A DNA stretch of 64,000 nucleotides from Nitrospirota bacterium (GTDB lineage Bacteria; Nitrospirota; Thermodesulfovibrionia; Thermodesulfovibrionales; Dissulfurispiraceae): NCBI GenBank assembly GCA_040758355.1, contig JBFLWF010000004.1:61174-125173 (forward strand), given 5' to 3'. A model generated the notes under the pieces. That model worked only from the letters and a program-made list of their open reading frames with translations. It was not told where the DNA came from and made no database searches. A program made the position numbers and the translations under genes. Numbering within the stretch: position 1 is the stretch's first letter; every line of letters begins with the position of its first letter. Below, in pieces: positions 62,102 to 64,000 of this stretch.

Positions 62102-62320
62102 TTAGAGCTTAAACCTCTCCCTTTTCCCTGCCAGAAATTTGGCTTTTGTCAGCTTCAATTGTTTATCAATCTCTGAAAAAATTTTATTTACTTCTTCCTC
62201 TGTATACTCATAGGAGCTTTTATTTGAGCAGTTTCCGAGGATTCTTATTTTTTCGAGGATGTCGTTTGTTCTTTTGGCCGCTATTCTTTTAAATCGCTCA
62301 TGCCTGTTTTCCTGTTCCAT
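62102..62320 (-). CDS. Small basic hypothetical protein (possible regulator)
   Basis: 72 aa, AGGAAGGA SD; RFKRIAAKRTN...LGNCSNKSSYEY. Confidence 0.75.
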   Translation of the reverse strand: MEQENRHERFKRIAAKRTNDILEKIRILGNCSNKSSYEYTEEEVNKIFSEIDKQLKLTKAKFLAGKRERFKL

Positions 62321-62523
62321 ATTCCTTCCTAAATACCAAAATTATGTCTTAATAATAACAGAGCTATTTATAAATGTCAAGTAAATATTTCCATTATTTA
62401 TATAAATAGTATCTTTTGGGCAACTGAGTGTTACGTGAGTGTTGTAAGCATAGATTTTCCTTATTGTCTGGAGCAAAATACTTATAAAACCAAGCAGGAG
62501 AGGTGTGCCATAAGGAGGCGGAC

Positions 62524-62724
62524 ATGAATGTGCAATCTTACAAAGAAAGAATTACCGTAGACCCGGACATAATGCTCGGCAAGCCGATAATTAAAGGGAC
62601 AAGGATAACGGTTGAGCTTATATTAAAAAAGCTTTCGGAAGGTATGTAATTTGAGGATCTATTGGAGGCATATCCACATCTTACGAAGGATGATATTTTG
62701 GCTGCTCTTTCATATTCCGTTTAA
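62524..62724 (+). pseudogene. DUF433 antitoxin-like gene with premature TAA
   Basis: AAGGAGG SD; RITVDPDIMLGKPIIKGTRITVELIL...EGM*(62647-62649)FEDLLEAYPHLTKDDILAALSY. Confidence 0.85.
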
Positions 62725-62775
62725 AAGATCCGGATAAGAGAAATTTTTTAGTCCAACTCGCAGCAAAATGCGATT

Positions 62776-63726
62776 TCATGTTTTCAGCCTTGCTGCCAAT
62801 TTTATTGCCTCGATCATGCTCGATGGATTGGCAATCCCTTTCCATGCAATATCATAGGCTGTGCCATGGTCGGGAGATGTCCTTATTATTGGCAAACCAA
62901 TTGTTACATTAACTGCTTTATCAAAGGCTATCATCTTAAGAGGAATTAGCCCTTGATCATGATACATGCATACAATTATATCAAATTCTCCATTATATGC
63001 CTTGTGGAACATGGTGTCTGCCGGATACGGGCCAGAGGCAGAAATGCCCGATGCCCGTGCTTCATTAACAGCCGGAATAATTTCTTTTATTTCTTCGTCT
63101 CCGAATATGCCTGCCTCTCCGGCGTGTGGATTCAATCCTGCAACAGCAATTTTGGGATTTTCTATGCCCATCATATCGCATGATTTTTTAGCGAGTGTGA
63201 TAGTCTTCAGGACTTTTTCTTTTTTTATTAAATCCGGAACGTTTTTTAGAGCGGTATGTATCGTAACGAGGATAACCTTCAATTTATCGCTGTAAAATAT
63301 CATTGCATAGTCTTTCGTGGTGGTTAATTCTGCCAGCATTTCGGTATGCCCGGGCCATTTAAAACCGGCCATTTTCAGAGATTCCTTTGAAATAGGTGCA
63401 GTCACAATTGCATCCACTTCTTTATCTAAAGCAAGCTCCACAGCCCTTTTTATGTATGCCGCACACGCCCTGCCGCCTTCGGCAGTGGGTTTGCATCTCT
63501 GAAAGTTTCTGTCTTTGATTTCACCGGTATTTATTATTTTGAGGCTATTCAGGTCTACCGGTATGTTCAGTTTCTCAACTGCTTCCTCAAGAACAGCGAT
63601 GTCCCCGATGATAATAGGTTCGCATAATCCCGCGATTTCATGCGACATGATCGCTTTCAAAACTATCTCAGGGCCTATGCCAGCCGGGTCTCCGATGGTT
63701 ATGGCAATTTTTCTGTGGTTGTTCAT
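62776..63726 (-). CDS. pdxA: 4-hydroxythreonine-4-phosphate dehydrogenase
   Basis: GDPAGIGPE, GHTE, GLNPHAGE, MYHDQG, RTSPDHGTA. Confidence 0.97.
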   Translation of the reverse strand: MNNHRKIAITIGDPAGIGPEIVLKAIMSHEIAGLCEPIIIGDIAVLEEAVEKLNIPVDLNSLKIINTGEIKDRNFQRCKPTAEGGRACAAYIKRAVELALDKEVDAIVTAPISKESLKMAGFKWPGHTEMLAELTTTKDYAMIFYSDKLKVILVTIHTALKNVPDLIKKEKVLKTITLAKKSCDMMGIENPKIAVAGLNPHAGEAGIFGDEEIKEIIPAVNEARASGISASGPYPADTMFHKAYNGEFDIIVCMYHDQGLIPLKMIAFDKAVNVTIGLPIIRTSPDHGTAYDIAWKGIANPSSMIEAIKLAARLKT

Positions 63727-64000
63727 GTTATTCTCGATTAAATTCTCTAAAATTTAACATAAGTCTTCAAATCTATGCTAATTATCTTCCTAAATAATCA
63801 TTTAATTTAAAATTTTTATTGAAATCGATAGTAGTTGAAGTCCCATATTAAATGTGATATTGTTTAAATTAAGTTATGGCTCATCGTGGAAGAGAGTGGG
63901 TAAACCGATGGACTTGAAGCGGTATAACATGGCTTCAAATAATGGGGAAAGAGCTTTCAAAGGGGCGAGAAAATCCGTATGATTACCGTATGGGAAAAAA

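Noticed and set aside
57184..62724. Prophage or integrative element
   Set aside because: No integrase, transposase, phage structural gene or flanking direct repeat was seen; called only a variable islet.
63876..64000. ATG...TGA(63915-63917) with the frame open to the window end, a possible further Sec read-through
   Set aside because: No SD, no recognisable Cys motif or family, no canonical downstream SECIS, and truncated by the window edge.

Overview
64 kb of bacterial chromosome from an anaerobe. Gene content and style (sigma54 two-component systems, multiheme cytochromes, USP/TauE clusters) suggest Nitrospirota/Thermodesulfovibrionia or a deltaproteobacterium-like organism; this is inference only. 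Layout: (1) 1-8.7 kb, a TonB-dependent uptake operon that also encodes a membrane polyferredoxin, a 2-hydroxyacyl-CoA-dehydratase/double-cubane-type Fe-S protein and its ATP-dependent activator. (2) 8.8-12.7 kb, small redox genes with Crp/Fnr-type boxes, a candidate anti-Shine-Dalgarno sRNA and a PilZ/HD-GYP gene. (3) 12.7-25.6 kb, two sigma54 two-component systems, each next to a TauE/SafE + USP operon. (4) tatA, a YidH-family gene and kup. (5) 28.4-41.6 kb, a sulfur-handling neighbourhood. (6) Housekeeping genes (rsmA, ligA, radA, thiD, rplM, rpsI, argC, argJ, tyrS, prpE, pdxA). (7) An AT-richer defence/toxin-antitoxin islet at 57.2-62.7 kb. The main result is that the ORF track splits three genes at in-frame TGA codons that look like selenocysteine. 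One is a YeeE/YedE-family transporter with TWO TGA codons at conserved Cys positions, each followed by a SECIS-like hairpin. The other two are paralogous pentaheme ExtKL-like cytochromes that flank a secreted TusA-like protein. Many proteins also carry in-frame insertions of heptamer tandem repeats or short GC-rich palindromes. No rRNA, tRNA, CRISPR array or intact transposase was seen. All calls are from reading the sequence; no database searches were run.
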